Part shown: positions 10,569 to 23,048 of the stretch, one piece after another
Numbering within the stretch: the first letter of the stretch is position 1
Layout: each line of letters begins with the position of its first letter
Assembly (NCBI GenBank): GCA_963808625.1
Contig: CAWEHK010000045.1
Span: 1-38,605 of the forward strand
From: an uncultured delta proteobacterium
GTDB taxonomy: Bacteria; Desulfobacterota; Syntrophobacteria; Syntrophobacterales; Syntrophobacteraceae
DNA length: 38,605 nt
Direction of reading: 5' to 3'
Translations under genes and position numbers: made by a program
The notes under the pieces: model-generated
Told to the model about the DNA's origin: nothing
The model's database searches: none
The model's input: the letters and a program-made list of their open reading frames with translations, nothing else

Positions 10569-10946
10569 ATGAACAAAGCTCTGTCCCTTTTGCTGTCTGT
10601 AACCGTCATTTTGACCCTGATGGTCGGGCCGCCTGCCGGCGCGCAGGAAACCAGCCCTTCGCCTCCTTTATCTACGCCAACCCGGCAAGCCACAACAACC
10701 CAATACGACCCCCCGGGCGAGCTAATCATCGCCGATGTATTGATCCTGCGCCCACTCGGAATGGCGGCCTGTGTGGTCGGGTTAGCCGGCGCGCTGGTGG
10801 CCTGGCCGTTTGCCGCCATTACCAACAGCTGTGATCGCGTCTGCAACGAGCTCATCATAAAGCCCTACAAATACACCTTCGTTCGGCCTTTGGGACAAAT
10901 GGATTACGGTGACACCGATTACACCGCTGCTGACCTGGGAAGATAG
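10569..10946 (+). CDS. Small exported/membrane hypothetical protein
   Basis: Signal peptide ending AGA, a hydrophobic segment (ADVLILRPLGMAACVVG) and C-terminal YTFVRPLG. GGAGG RBS; stop overlaps the coaE start. Confidence 0.7.
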   Translation: MNKALSLLLSVTVILTLMVGPPAGAQETSPSPPLSTPTRQATTTQYDPPGELIIADVLILRPLGMAACVVGLAGALVAWPFAAITNSCDRVCNELIIKPYKYTFVRPLGQMDYGDTDYTAADLGR

Positions 10947-11569
10947 TGTCTGGTAGAATAGCTCTTACGGGAGGCATCGCCACGGGTAAGAGCACGGTTG
11001 CAAGGATTTTTGCCGATCTGGGGGCGGCCATCCTGGACGCCGATCAGGTGGCACGTGAGGTAATACAACCGGGAAGCCGTTGTTGGCAAAAACTCAGAGA
11101 TTATCTCGGGGCGGCCTACTTTCAAGAGAACGGTGAATTACGGCGCAAGGAACTGCGCGAGAAAATCATTCATGACAGCCGGTGCCGCTTGACGGTGAAT
11201 GCGATCCTTCACCCGTTTATCCTGCGGGAGATGGATCGAAGGTGGCAAGCCCAGCAAAGGCTCCGGCCCGAACAAATCGTCATCTTCGACATCCCCCTGC
11301 TGTTCGAAGCGGACCTGGCTGACACTTTCGATACCATTATTCTGGTTTACACGTCGCGGGAAATCCAGATTCAGAGGCTTATGCTACGCGACGGCATCAG
11401 CCCTGCAGAGGCCGCAGAAACCCTCACCATGCAGCTTCCCATCGAAGCCAAGAGGACCCTGTCACATCTCATCGTAGATAACAGCTGCGACCTCGCTGAC
11501 ACCTATGAGCAGGTCCGGGCCGTCTGGGAAAAGCTGAGTCACTATAGTTCCTTGAATATCTCTATTTGA
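10946..11569 (+). CDS. coaE: Dephospho-CoA kinase
   Basis: IALTGGIATGKSTV, DADQVAR, ILHP, DIPLLFE, RLMLRDG, QLPIEAKR and VDNS. Confidence 0.95.
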   Translation: MSGRIALTGGIATGKSTVARIFADLGAAILDADQVAREVIQPGSRCWQKLRDYLGAAYFQENGELRRKELREKIIHDSRCRLTVNAILHPFILREMDRRWQAQQRLRPEQIVIFDIPLLFEADLADTFDTIILVYTSREIQIQRLMLRDGISPAEAAETLTMQLPIEAKRTLSHLIVDNSCDLADTYEQVRAVWEKLSHYSSLNISI

Positions 11570-13441
11570 GTTTTTCTGCGTTCGTCCTCGAGCCATGCCT
11601 GCCAGATGATTCCCTGTTTTTCCTGCAGCAGCTGTCCAGCGATCGCCACGCGCTCTTTCTCGAGGCCTCCTTCAGAAAGTTTTCGCCCGAGCAGTTGTAA
11701 GACCGCATAACGGTTTCCCAACATCAGGGGAGCTTCCGGAAAAGGCCGAGCCAATTCAAGCTCAAATATCTGATTTTGGACGTCTCCCTGCAACCCGGTC
11801 AGCTCCTTGTCGGGTTCGAGCCTGGAAAACCAGTTGCTCTTCTTGACCTCCAGCTTTGCCTGCGCACCGGCTTGTTCGAGGCTGTTGCCGTTCCTGGCGG
11901 CTTCCAGCAATTCTGACGCCTTTTGCTGAGCCAGGATGCGGGCCTGATCGATTCTGTAGTCCTTCTCCACCCGCTCTTTCGCATTTTCAAAGGGAATCAC
12001 CTGGGGCGCCTGAATCGCATCAACCTGAACAACCAGGAATCCCTTGGGGACTTCAACAACATCGCTGATCCCCTTCTCCGGCAGGGCAAAAAGCTTATTA
12101 ATGCTCTGGGTTGGAACCCCTCCCACCTCCGGCAGAAAGTCTTTCTGAGACACCCATGCTCCCGTAGCGTTCAATGGCAGTTTGGTTCCCTGGGCAGCTT
12201 TACCGATATCCTTCTGGGCATACGCCATGTCCGAAAATTCCCGAGCCTTGCGGTGGGCAATGTCGCGCGCTGTCTCCTCCTTCAGCTTGGTTTCGATCTC
12301 GCTTCGAGCCTCCTCCAGCGAGGTGATCTTTTCAGGGCGCACATCCTCGACCTTGATGATATGAAACCCGTAAGGTGTGCGGACCAGGTCACTGATCTCC
12401 CCGGATTTCATGCTGAACGCGGCATCCGAGAACGCCGGCATCATCCGGCCGCGGGTGAAATACCCAAGATCACCTTCGTTTTCGCTCACTGAAGGATCTT
12501 GAGAGTACTTCTTCGCAAGTTCGGTAAAATCTTTACCCTGCTTAGCTTCTGCCAGGACCATCTCGGCCTCTTTGCGGACCTTATCAATTGCGGCTTCGGG
12601 GGTATCTTCCTTCACGCTGAACAGGATGTGCCGTGCGCGGACCTCCTGTTCCTTGTGGTAATTCGTTCTGTGGTCTTGATAATAATCGTTTATCTGCTTT
12701 TCCGTAACCTGCACCTCGAGCTGATAGGAATTCGGGTTGAAAAGCATATAGGAAATCTGTCGTTTCTCCGGGTCCTTATAGCGGTCCAGATGCTGTCCAT
12801 AGAAATCTTGTAAGGATTTTTCGTCGCTCTTGACCTGTGCTTCAAAAGCTTTTGGATCAAAGAGCGCGTAGGCAACCTGAATGAACGCATAATTCAGCCG
12901 AAACAGTGCCAGGATCTCCTCATCCGTCACCAGGGCACGCCGCTTGACGAATGCTTCCACCTTCTGCATCGTCAGATCATAGCCCATTTGCTGTTCAAAG
13001 ATTTCAGGGCTCAAGCGGTTCTGACGCAGGATAAAATCGTAGCGTTTTTTATCGAACCGGCCATCGGTCTGGAAGACGGGAAATTCAACAACTTTTTGTT
13101 GGACCTCCTCGGGAGTTACAGCAAGTCCCAAGCCCTGAGCCGCCTTGGAAACAAGATAACGATCGATCAACAGGTTCAGGGCCTGCTTCTTCAAGTTCAT
13201 CCGGCGCAGCATCTCTTCCGAGAAAGAATCCCGCATCTGCTGTCGGTAACATTTCTACGAGTTGCTGGTAATACCGGTCATATTCGTGAATCGAAATGTA
13301 ATAATCGCCAACCTTCGCCATTTGGCCTTCCTGGCGAGTTTTGTAGGAATAACCTCCCCAGAAGATGAAAACGATGACGATGAGGAAGAGAGCAACTTTG
13401 ATAAGCCATGATCGTGCATGTTTCCTTACGAGATCCAACAT
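11542..13441 (-). CDS. ppiD: PpiD/SurA-family periplasmic chaperone and parvulin PPIase (frameshift near 13245)
   Basis: N-terminal MLDLVRKHARSWLIKVALFLIVIVFIFWG anchor, then rotamase motifs VRARHIL, LAKKYSQD, GDLGYF and VRTPYGFHIIKV. Confidence 0.88.
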
Positions 13442-13465
13442 GGGTTACATTTTCCTCCTTTTTGA

Positions 13466-13675
13466 CTAGGATACTTCCAGGGGGCAGGTATGGCGACGCA
13501 CCAAAGAAAAGTATAAGATCGCTCCCAGAAAGGGTAGCGTAGCCACCACGAAAAACCACAAGACCTTCTTCTTCAAACTTGAAAACCGGCGCTTCGGAAT
13601 ATCCACAATGGCCCAGAAAGTGGGCACCATGGGGAGAAGCAAAACGATTACGATCAGCACTATCTTGACCGGCAT
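13466..13675 (-). CDS. Small membrane protein, PLDc_N-like
   Basis: FWAIVDIPKR...KKVLWFFVVATLPFLGAILYF fits the PLD-nuclease N-terminal membrane domain pattern. Confidence 0.75.
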   Translation of the reverse strand: MPVKIVLIVIVLLLPMVPTFWAIVDIPKRRFSSLKKKVLWFFVVATLPFLGAILYFSLVRRHTCPLEVS

Positions 13676-13678
13676 GAA

Positions 13679-15408
13679 TCAATCCTCTGTATCGGATCCG
13701 TAAAGAGCGGACAAACCTGCAATCCGCCCCTCAACCTGCTGAGCTCCTTTTGTGAGATGGGTAATCAGGACGTTCAGTTCCCCTTCCCAAATCATACCCG
13801 ACTCCAGCTTGAGTGACTCTATAAACTTTTGTGCATACTGCTGCAACAATTTCTTGTAACCACCATAAAAGCGAAATCCCAAAAGGATCTGAAGCAGCAG
13901 GTAAGTCCCCAGAGCAGCCAGGCCTCGAGGACTAAAGAGCGTCTCGATCAGGGCGAATACCAAACCGGCCAGACTGAACCAGCTCGGGCGCTCGAAAAGA
14001 TTCCCCAGAGCTGCGTCACCAGTCAGAGCGAGAAGCAGCAAGACAAAGAGAGCCAGGTAAGAGGCGTATTGACCTGCCCTGAAACCTTTGTGCGGCGGGA
14101 CCAGATGATTTCCGAGAAATTCGGGTCAACTCATTGTGCACCCGCTGCAAAAACTCATTCCACGCAGCATTTGCGTCAAAGAAGCCCCGACAATAATCTC
14201 CAATGGAAGAAGGAAGTCCCTGGTGCAAGGAGTGATAGGTGATTCGATCCTCGAGACGTTCGAATTCGTGCTGAAGCGATTGAAATGCCCCCTCCTTGAG
14301 GAGAAAGTCGACGATAGGCAACCGTTCCTCGGAACGCGCGGTCAATCGCTTCCAATCCCTGGCCATAATCGCAATGGCAGCACCTGCCCCCACCAAAGCG
14401 TGCGATGGCACAGGCTGTTGCATAAACTCCTCTTCAAGCCTTCGTTCCAGCACCCGGTGGAAGGCATCCTGCCCCATCCGGCGCCATTCGGAGCGCCTCT
14501 GCTCCAGTTCACCAACTGAATCCCTGAGCACCCTGTGCAAAATGCTGAGGCCGAACACCTCCTTCTCCAAGACCCGTGCCAGTTGTCGGACCGCTACATC
14601 AAGGTTGGCCGCCTTGATTTCCCTGACCTCTTTGGCATCACGCAGTCGAAAAATCTGGTTGCGAAAATTCCAGAACTGATTCCATGGCGACAGGGTACCG
14701 GAATCACACCCCTCCCGTGCAGACACAGCATGGATCACGGGTTCGGCAATGCCGTGCTCGCTCAAATGCTGGCTAAACCTCGTTATGAGGCTGGCCAGCA
14801 GGGGCATAACCCTGCTCGGAAGCCTCAGTTTGAAAAAGAAGATCAACCTTGTTCAGGACAAAATAGAAATTCTGCCTTGCTTTGGGGACCTGACGGAGGA
14901 GCGTGTAGAAACTTTCATCAGCATATTTCTCGGGAGTGGTCACCCACACTAGAATATCCAGGTGTTCCAGGAAGTGCAGCACTTGCTCCCGGTGCCCTTT
15001 CAGCAGGCTGTCAAAGTCGGGAAAATCGCAGAGGAGTATGTGTCGGACCGCTTCCGCCTCGTGTCTAATTTCGCGCCAGGGATAAGGACTCTTGTTGATC
15101 GCAGCCGGCAGCGGCACCGACCCATGGTGGTAGATCAGTACCTGATCGGTATGGGGCCGGCGATGACTGGTAGCGGCAATGGACGCGCAAGCCAGGGCAT
15201 TCATGAGACTGGACTTCCCCACTCCCGTGCCCCCCAGCAGGCCCACCAGAAGAGCGCTTTCCGCGACGGTATCGAGCTTCTGGATCAGTTCGAGGCAATC
15301 CTCGAGCAGGCGCTTCTTTTCCTCACTCGAGACGGAAAGAAGGGCATCCTGATGCAACAAGACCTGGATGCGATTGAGATCACTTTGCAGTTCCTGGGCT
15401 GAGCGCAC
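13679..15408 (-). CDS. Dynamin-like GTPase-domain protein 2 (frameshifts near 14800 and 14060)
   Basis: G1 GGTGVGKS, RRPHT, G3 DFPDFDS, TPEKYAD and G4 NKVD, followed by a long helical region and C-terminal transmembrane segments. Confidence 0.75.
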
Positions 15409-15484
15409 GGTTCCTGGGCCTTCGAAAACAGGTTCAATAGTCGTTTAGGCTGAAAACCTTCATTTTGGCAGATTCAAAAATTAA

Positions 15485-15551
15485 CCGCAGAGCACGCGGA
15501 GAGCGCAGAGTAAGCCAAAGATTCTCTCTGTGGCCGCGCTGTGCTCTGTGG
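15485..15551. repeat. REP-like imperfect palindrome (CCGCAGAG... / ...CTCTGTGG)
   Basis: CCGCAGAGCACGCGGAGAGCGCAGAG pairs imperfectly with CTCTCTGTGGCCGCGCTGTGCTCTGTGG in the gap between the two GTPase genes. Confidence 0.55.
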
Positions 15552-15573
15552 CGGAAAAGCAAACATTTGGACC

Positions 15574-17311
15574 TTAACGGACATAATTCGTCTTAGCTTC
15601 CACGCTCTTCATGACGCCTGCCAGTTCCTGCAGCGTTTGCGGAGCGGTCATCAGCGACCGGAGGCATTCCAGGTAGTGCTCGCGCTGGGTCCGAAGCGTT
15701 GCGGTAAGCGCCTCCCGGTAGTGGTCGCCCAGATCGCGCACGATTTTTTGGAGTTCGTGATACGCGAACAAATCAACCGCGCCCTTGGTCACGAAGGGAG
15801 CGATCGCCGTATCCAGGACTGCCTCCAAGAGGCTGATACCGCCTCCTATTGCCGTTTCGAGGGCAATAATCAAGCCTCCCCAAAGGATGGAGGTGCCATA
15901 GATTCCCACCTCCTTGCTTCGCGGAAGGCCCTCGGCGAGGCGTTGAAAAGTCTCCTCGAGCCAGAGCAGAAGACGATCCTGCTCTTCCTTTTCCTGCCGC
16001 TTGATTTCCTCTTCCGTAAGCACGAGCGCGGGATCACGAAGTCCCTGGTAGAGCGCTGAGGTCTCATCATGGGGCGAAAGCTTTTCCAGAACCGACCGGT
16101 TAAACCCTTCGACAGCAGCTTGAATCATTCCTAAATCAGCTTTCCGGCAGATTTCATCCAGGTCGTGGCCGGGTGATTCCGTGTTTCCCGCCGGCCAGAG
16201 TCCCAGGGCCTGGAACGGCATGCGGACTATCTGAGAGATCAGGCGCCTGGGTTTTCCCAACAGATCATACTTGCTGAAGTGTTTCTGGATCTCGCGCTGA
16301 ATATGCGCCCGGCTTTCCTGAACGAAACGTTCCTCCTGCTTCGCGAGCAGACCCTGGCAAGCAGCCTGATAGAGCATCTCAAGCTGTTCCATCCATTTTG
16401 AAGCCGCCTCGTTCTCCTTCCCCAACAGCTCAAGAAGGAGCTGGATCTCACTCTTTATCTCTCCTGCCGCCCTCCTGTTCTCTTGCCGAATGACATGAGG
16501 CGCCTCAGCCTTGTTCAGGAGCCGGAAGAGCGTCTTTCGAAAGTGGGTGAAGCTCTCCGTAGCCGCAAGCGACACGGAAGGATTGGGCGACACATACGGC
16601 AGGATCCAAACCCGGTCGGCGCCCACCTTGAGACCCTGCCCATCAAGGGCATCGAGCACTTCGTTGGCTTTCAGGTCACCCTCCGCTTTGTTCAAGAGCA
16701 GGAAATAGGGCTTCTCTCCCAGGTGAAGGCGCGAGAGAAAACGAAAGGGAACTTCGTCGGCGTATTTCTCCTGACTGGCCACAAAAATGACAAGATCGGC
16801 AAGGCAGCTGAATGTCTTCCACCATTTGACGGTTCTTGAGCTCGAGGCTGTCGAGATCGGGGGTATCGACAATTACAAGCTGCGAGCATTCGTCCCGATC
16901 GTGATCGAGCACCAGCAGCCGACCGGGCAAACCGGAATGGCCCATGGACGAGCTTTGGTCGATCGTGACGCGTTGGATGCCGGCCGCCGCAAGAGGAAAG
17001 TCTTTTTCAATGGGAATGCTCTTGTGGGAATAGGCCAGAGGGCCATTTGTCTTGGGCCTCTCCACGCCGGTTTCACTCAGCGACCTCCCAATGAGCGCAT
17101 TAAACAGCGTGGATTTTCCCGTTCCCGTTCCCCCGATGAAAACAACCCAGACGAAATGCCTCGAGCTTTTGTAGGAGAGAACTGCCAGCTTGAGGGGAAC
17201 CCGCAGCACCAGCTCCCGGATTTTCCCTGCTGAGGGGGTTAAACCCGGCCATTTGAGGCTTCTCCAGAGAGTGCTTTCGAGTCCTTTCATAGCCTGTGCA
17301 ATCGCGATCAT
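15574..17311 (-). CDS. Dynamin-like GTPase-domain protein 1 (frameshift near 16810)
   Basis: G1 GGTGTGKS, ERPKT, G3 DTPDLDS, SQEKYAD and G4 NKAE, followed by a helical stalk and a glycine-rich hydrophobic hairpin (WGGLIIALETAIGGG). Confidence 0.78.
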
Positions 17312-17360
17312 GGAAGCATCGGGAAGGGGAACCCCTAACCGACAAAAATCGCCGCTCAGA

Positions 17361-17592
17361 AGGGTGTTGAAAAACCCTCACCCTCCGTCGCCCCGGCGGT
17401 AGCCCGTGCGCATGCCCTTAAGAGCATCTTTATTTACCTCCAGCAGGTACTTATGTACTTTAGCCGCTGATGCACCTCGTCACCCCCGCAGGTTTCTGGC
17501 GGGGGACCAGGGGGCTAAAAGGACCTGGATTCCCGCTAAAAGCACGCGGGAATGACGTGTTTGGGGGCCTTTGCGACACTTTTCAAGAGCCT
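17361..17592. mobile_element. Degenerate MITE-like shell containing a CGTCA...TGACG palindromic repeat (17478-17557)
   Basis: The ends AGGGTGTTGAAAA and TTTTCAAGAGCCT are an 11/13 inverted match. Inside is CGTCACCCCCGC..GCGGGGGACCAG...CTGGATTCCCGC..GCGGGAATGACG. No clear TSD. Confidence 0.45.
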
Positions 17593-17789
17593 GTCAAGCG
17601 CCCTTCGCATCATGCGGCAGAAGATTCTATTTCAATCTCCGGCGAACAGCAAGATCCCCCGGTCGAGAAAATGTTTGCAAAACTACCTGGGATGCACAAC
17701 AGTAGTTTGACAGGATTCACCGTAGCGTACTATAGGATAGCAGCGCGGAACGCGCGAGGTCAACCATAACGGGACGTGAAACCTGGCCG

Positions 17790-18872
17790 GTGATCATTAC
17801 TATAAATTGGGTGGCAGGCGTGGCAAAGACGTTGATTTCCGAAATCGGCCCCAACCAGGAAGTGGCGAGTGTTTTTGTCGTTGCGGAGAAACAGTTGCGC
17901 ACGGCAAGGAACGGCGCGCCATTCCTGACGTTGAAACTGGTAGACAAGTCCGGCCAAGTCGCCGGACGCATTTGGGAACGGGCCGAAGAATGGTCGCGCA
18001 CCATTGCGCTCAGATCAGTGGTTTGTGTTCGCGGCAGAAGTGAGCTCTTCCGCGAAGAGCTTCAGCTTCAAATCCATGACCTTTCGCTGCTTTCCCCGGA
18101 AGAAATCGACCGCTCAGACTTTCTGCCCGCCTCTCCGAAAAGCGTTGAGGACCTCTTTCGAAAGCTGAAAGAACTGGCATCGACCGTCAAGAAGGGCGCC
18201 CTGCAGAGACTGATGCGGCAAATGCTGAGCGACGTGCCCCTCATGGAGCGCTTCAAGACCGCTCCCGCAGCCAAGTCCATGCACCATGCCTACCTGGGCG
18301 GGTTGCTCGAACATACGGTCGCCGTAACGGAACTGGTATCACTCATTGCCGCCTATTATCCCGACCTGAATCGAGACCTCACGGTAGTAGGGGCATTGCT
18401 TCATGATATCGGCAAAGTGGACGAGTTTGTCTACGATTTGTGTATCGACTACTCCAATTCGGGCCGACTCGTGGGCCACATGGTCCTGGGGGTGCAGATT
18501 CTGGATGAAAAAATACGGTCGCTCCGAAGCTTTCCTTCGGAAGAGGCCGCTTTATTGCGCCATCTGATTCTCAGCCATCACGGCGAAGCGACGATGGGGG
18601 CCGTGAGGTTGCCCATGACGCGGGAAGCGTTCGTTTTGCATTTCGCCGATGACCTGGATGCGAAAATGAACAGCCTGACGCGCATCCTCTCCGATTCCAA
18701 AGCAGGGGACGACGCCTGGACGCCCTATCAGCCCCTCTTCGAACGCTTCTTCTTTCGGGGCTTCCCCGCTCCGGCCGAGGGCAAAACCGCAACCGGACCG
18801 GAAAGCACCAAAGAACAAGGCGTTCAATTGAAGCTCTGGTCAGGCGGTGGAAACCAGGATGATATGACATGA
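17790..18872 (+). CDS. yhaM: YhaM-like 3'-5' exoribonuclease (OB fold + HD domain); start may be GTG at 17820
   Basis: GAPFLTLKLVDKSG (OB fold), APAAKSMHHAYLGGLLEHT, LLHDIGK, LVGH, HLILSHHG and HFADDLDAKM. Confidence 0.85.
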   Translation: MIITINWVAGVAKTLISEIGPNQEVASVFVVAEKQLRTARNGAPFLTLKLVDKSGQVAGRIWERAEEWSRTIALRSVVCVRGRSELFREELQLQIHDLSLLSPEEIDRSDFLPASPKSVEDLFRKLKELASTVKKGALQRLMRQMLSDVPLMERFKTAPAAKSMHHAYLGGLLEHTVAVTELVSLIAAYYPDLNRDLTVVGALLHDIGKVDEFVYDLCIDYSNSGRLVGHMVLGVQILDEKIRSLRSFPSEEAALLRHLILSHHGEATMGAVRLPMTREAFVLHFADDLDAKMNSLTRILSDSKAGDDAWTPYQPLFERFFFRGFPAPAEGKTATGPESTKEQGVQLKLWSGGGNQDDMT

Positions 18873-18941
18873 ACAATTTGTCGAGTCAGAGCAGGGTAAG
18901 AGAGCTGCGGGCCGCTCACAGGCACCGACCACAGGCGCTTA

Positions 18942-19091
18942 GTACAGCTCAGCAAAATAAAGTGTCCATTACCCTGGATCGTCATTCCGGTCATCTTCCA
19001 GCCGGAATCCACAAAAGCTTCATGGATACCGGCTAAAAACATGCCGGTATGACGAAGGGGAATCCGGACACTCAATTCTGCGACGCAGTAC
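18942..19091. mobile_element. About 150-bp MITE with GTAC ends and a nested CGTCATTCCGG palindrome (18980-19054)
   Basis: The TIRs GTACAGCTCAGCAAAATAAAGTGTCC and GGACACTCAATTCTGCGACGCAGTAC match 19/26. CTTAG is repeated at 18938-18942 and 19091-19095 (TSD of 3-5 bp depending on where the ends are drawn). Confidence 0.65.
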
Positions 19092-19098
19092 TTAGCCG

Positions 19099-19128
19099 CT
19101 GACCACTGATCACTGACCACTGATCACT
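19099..19128. repeat. Heptamer tandem repeat (CTGACCA/CTGATCA)x4
   Basis: CTGACCA CTGATCA CTGACCA CTGATCA CT lies just upstream of holB. Confidence 0.8.
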
Positions 19129-19147
19129 TTCCTGAATGAGGAGATAA

Positions 19148-20179
19148 ATGGCCCTTAAAGACATTTTTGGGCAGGAACGGGCGAAGCGCTTTTTGAAGCA
19201 ATTGTTGAGCCTCGGCAAACTTCCCCACGCGGTATTGTTTAGCGGGATGGAAGGGATTGGCAAGGTGACCCTTGCCCAGGAATTTGCCAAACTCCTTAAT
19301 TGTCTGAAGCCTCAGAATCTTGATGCCTGCGATGCCTGCGCTTCATGCCTCAAGATTAAGGACGGCCATCATCCCGACCTGATGTGGGTCAAAAGCGACG
19401 GCGCCTATATCAAGCTGGACCAGGTTCGCAGTCTGAAACAGCGCCTTTCCTTTCGACCATTTGAGGGGAAATGGCGCATCGTGATCATTGAAGATGCCCA
19501 TGACCTGAGGGAGGAAGCAGGGAATGCCCTGCTCAAACTGCTGGAAGAGCCCCCGAAGCAGAATCTTTTCATCCTGACGGTCCTGGAACCGCAAATGCTT
19601 CTCCCCACCATTGTTTCCCGCTGTTGTCATGTCCGTCTTCAGCCCCTTGAAGAGACCTGGATCGAGCGCTACTTGCTTGAAACCCAAGGGCTGGCACTGC
19701 CCCAGGCACGGAAGATCGCAACCATGGCAGAGGGCAGCCTGGATCGTGCAAAATGGCTGGCGGACCCTGCCCGGATTGCTCAAATAAATGAGGTCCTGGA
19801 AAACGTGTCCCGGCTCAAAGACCTTTCCATGGTGGATTTCTTTGCGCTGACCGCGCAATGGACCAAGGGAAGTGCGGACTTGGAGCAAGACCTGGAATGT
19901 ATTAAACTGTGGATACGGGACCTTGCGCTTTCCCGTTTGATATCGGACCATATTCCGATGCTGCCGGCGGACGAATCCACCGTGAGGCAGGCTCGGAAAA
20001 GGTCTGTGGAATCTTTGTTATCATTATTTGCCGAGATCGAGAAGGCACGGTTGCTTCTTCGACAAAATGCCAATAAACAGCTCACCCTGGAGGGCGTCTG
20101 TTTGGCGATAAAGGAAAATTTTTATGGAGAGAGTTGTTGGAATCCGCTTTCGCAACGGAGGGAAGATTTATCATTTTGA
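19148..20179 (+). CDS. holB: DNA polymerase III subunit delta'
   Basis: DIFGQ, HAVLFSG..GIGK, Zn motif C..CDACASC, HPD, NALLKLLEEPP and LLPTIVSRC. Confidence 0.93.
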   Translation: MALKDIFGQERAKRFLKQLLSLGKLPHAVLFSGMEGIGKVTLAQEFAKLLNCLKPQNLDACDACASCLKIKDGHHPDLMWVKSDGAYIKLDQVRSLKQRLSFRPFEGKWRIVIIEDAHDLREEAGNALLKLLEEPPKQNLFILTVLEPQMLLPTIVSRCCHVRLQPLEETWIERYLLETQGLALPQARKIATMAEGSLDRAKWLADPARIAQINEVLENVSRLKDLSMVDFFALTAQWTKGSADLEQDLECIKLWIRDLALSRLISDHIPMLPADESTVRQARKRSVESLLSLFAEIEKARLLLRQNANKQLTLEGVCLAIKENFYGESCWNPLSQRREDLSF

Positions 20180-20918
20180 TCCCGGAGAGCTTGCTCTGAA
20201 GCGGGAAGATTACGTCATTGTCATCACCGAACAAGGAATTGGCTTCGGTCAGGTCGTCGAAGGCCCGAGTCCGAAAGATCCGCGCATCCACCCCGCAGAG
20301 ATCAAAAAAGTGGATCATCTGGCATTGCCGGAGGAAATCCAGAAGCATCATGAAAATCTCGAATTCGAGCAGGATGCCAAGGGCTACTGCATGGAGCGCA
20401 TTACGGCTCATGATCTGGCAATGAATCTGGTGGATGTGGAATACTTTTACGACCGCAGCAAGATCATCTTCTTCTTTACCGCCGATGGCCGGGTGGATTT
20501 TCGCGAACTGCTCAAGGACCTCGTCCGCAGACTGCGAACCCGAGTGGAACTGCGGCAAATCGGGATTCGTAATCAGGCCAAAATGGTCGGGGGCCTCGGC
20601 GGGTGCGGCCGGCCGCTCTGCTGTGCGTCCTTCCTCAAGAATTTTCATGCGGTTTCCATAAAGATGGCCAAGGAACAAAACCTGAGCCTGAATCCAACCA
20701 AGATCTCCGGGGCCTGCGGCCGCCTGATGTGCTGCCTGCAGTACGAACACGACACTTATCGCGAGATGAAAAAGGACATGCCCAAGCTCGGCAAAAAGAT
20801 CGAAATCCCGGAAGGGCGCGGGAAAGTGGTCCGCCAGAATGTGCTGCAAAGATCCGTTACGGTGCTGTTGGAGGATGGTCGGGAAATAGAGAAAAATCTG
20901 GGACCGCTTCCGGAATAA
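20124..20918 (+). CDS. ricT: PSP1/YaaT (RicT) family protein
   Basis: GKIYHFDP, FTADGRVDFRELLKDL, GGCGRPLCC and KISGACGRLMCCLQYE. Sits in the typical holB-yaaT-metG order. Confidence 0.92.
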   Translation: MERVVGIRFRNGGKIYHFDPGELALKREDYVIVITEQGIGFGQVVEGPSPKDPRIHPAEIKKVDHLALPEEIQKHHENLEFEQDAKGYCMERITAHDLAMNLVDVEYFYDRSKIIFFFTADGRVDFRELLKDLVRRLRTRVELRQIGIRNQAKMVGGLGGCGRPLCCASFLKNFHAVSIKMAKEQNLSLNPTKISGACGRLMCCLQYEHDTYREMKKDMPKLGKKIEIPEGRGKVVRQNVLQRSVTVLLEDGREIEKNLGPLPE

Positions 20919-20929
20919 GCGATTGATGA

Positions 20930-22882
<1,953 letters not shown>

Positions 22883-22883
<1 letters not shown>

Positions 22884-23048
22884 TACAGCTGGGCGAAAGT
22901 GGATAACCTGTTCAGGTGGGCGCCAAAAGACGCGCCCACCCTATCTCAGATCTATGCGGGGAACAGCGTATCGTAGGGTGGGCACAACGCTTTATCGTGT
23001 CCACCAAGACGACCCGATAAATGGGTAAAAACTTTCGCCGCGCTGTAC
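22883..23048. mobile_element. 166-bp MITE with GTACAGC ends at the metG stop codon, carrying two GTAG-type REP hairpins
   Basis: The TIRs GTACAGCTGGGCGAAAGT and ACTTTCGCCGCGCTGTAC match 16/18. CATA is duplicated at 22879-22882 and 23049-23052. Internal hairpins lie at 22915-22944 (GGTGGGCGC..GCGCCCACCCTAT) and 22973-23005 (GTAGGGTGGGCAC..GTGTCCACC). Confidence 0.75.

Noticed and set aside
17707..17738. TTGACA-based sigma-70 promoter for yhaM
   Set aside because: The -35 is perfect, but the best -10 candidates lie at 15- or 20-bp spacing, so I did not call it.
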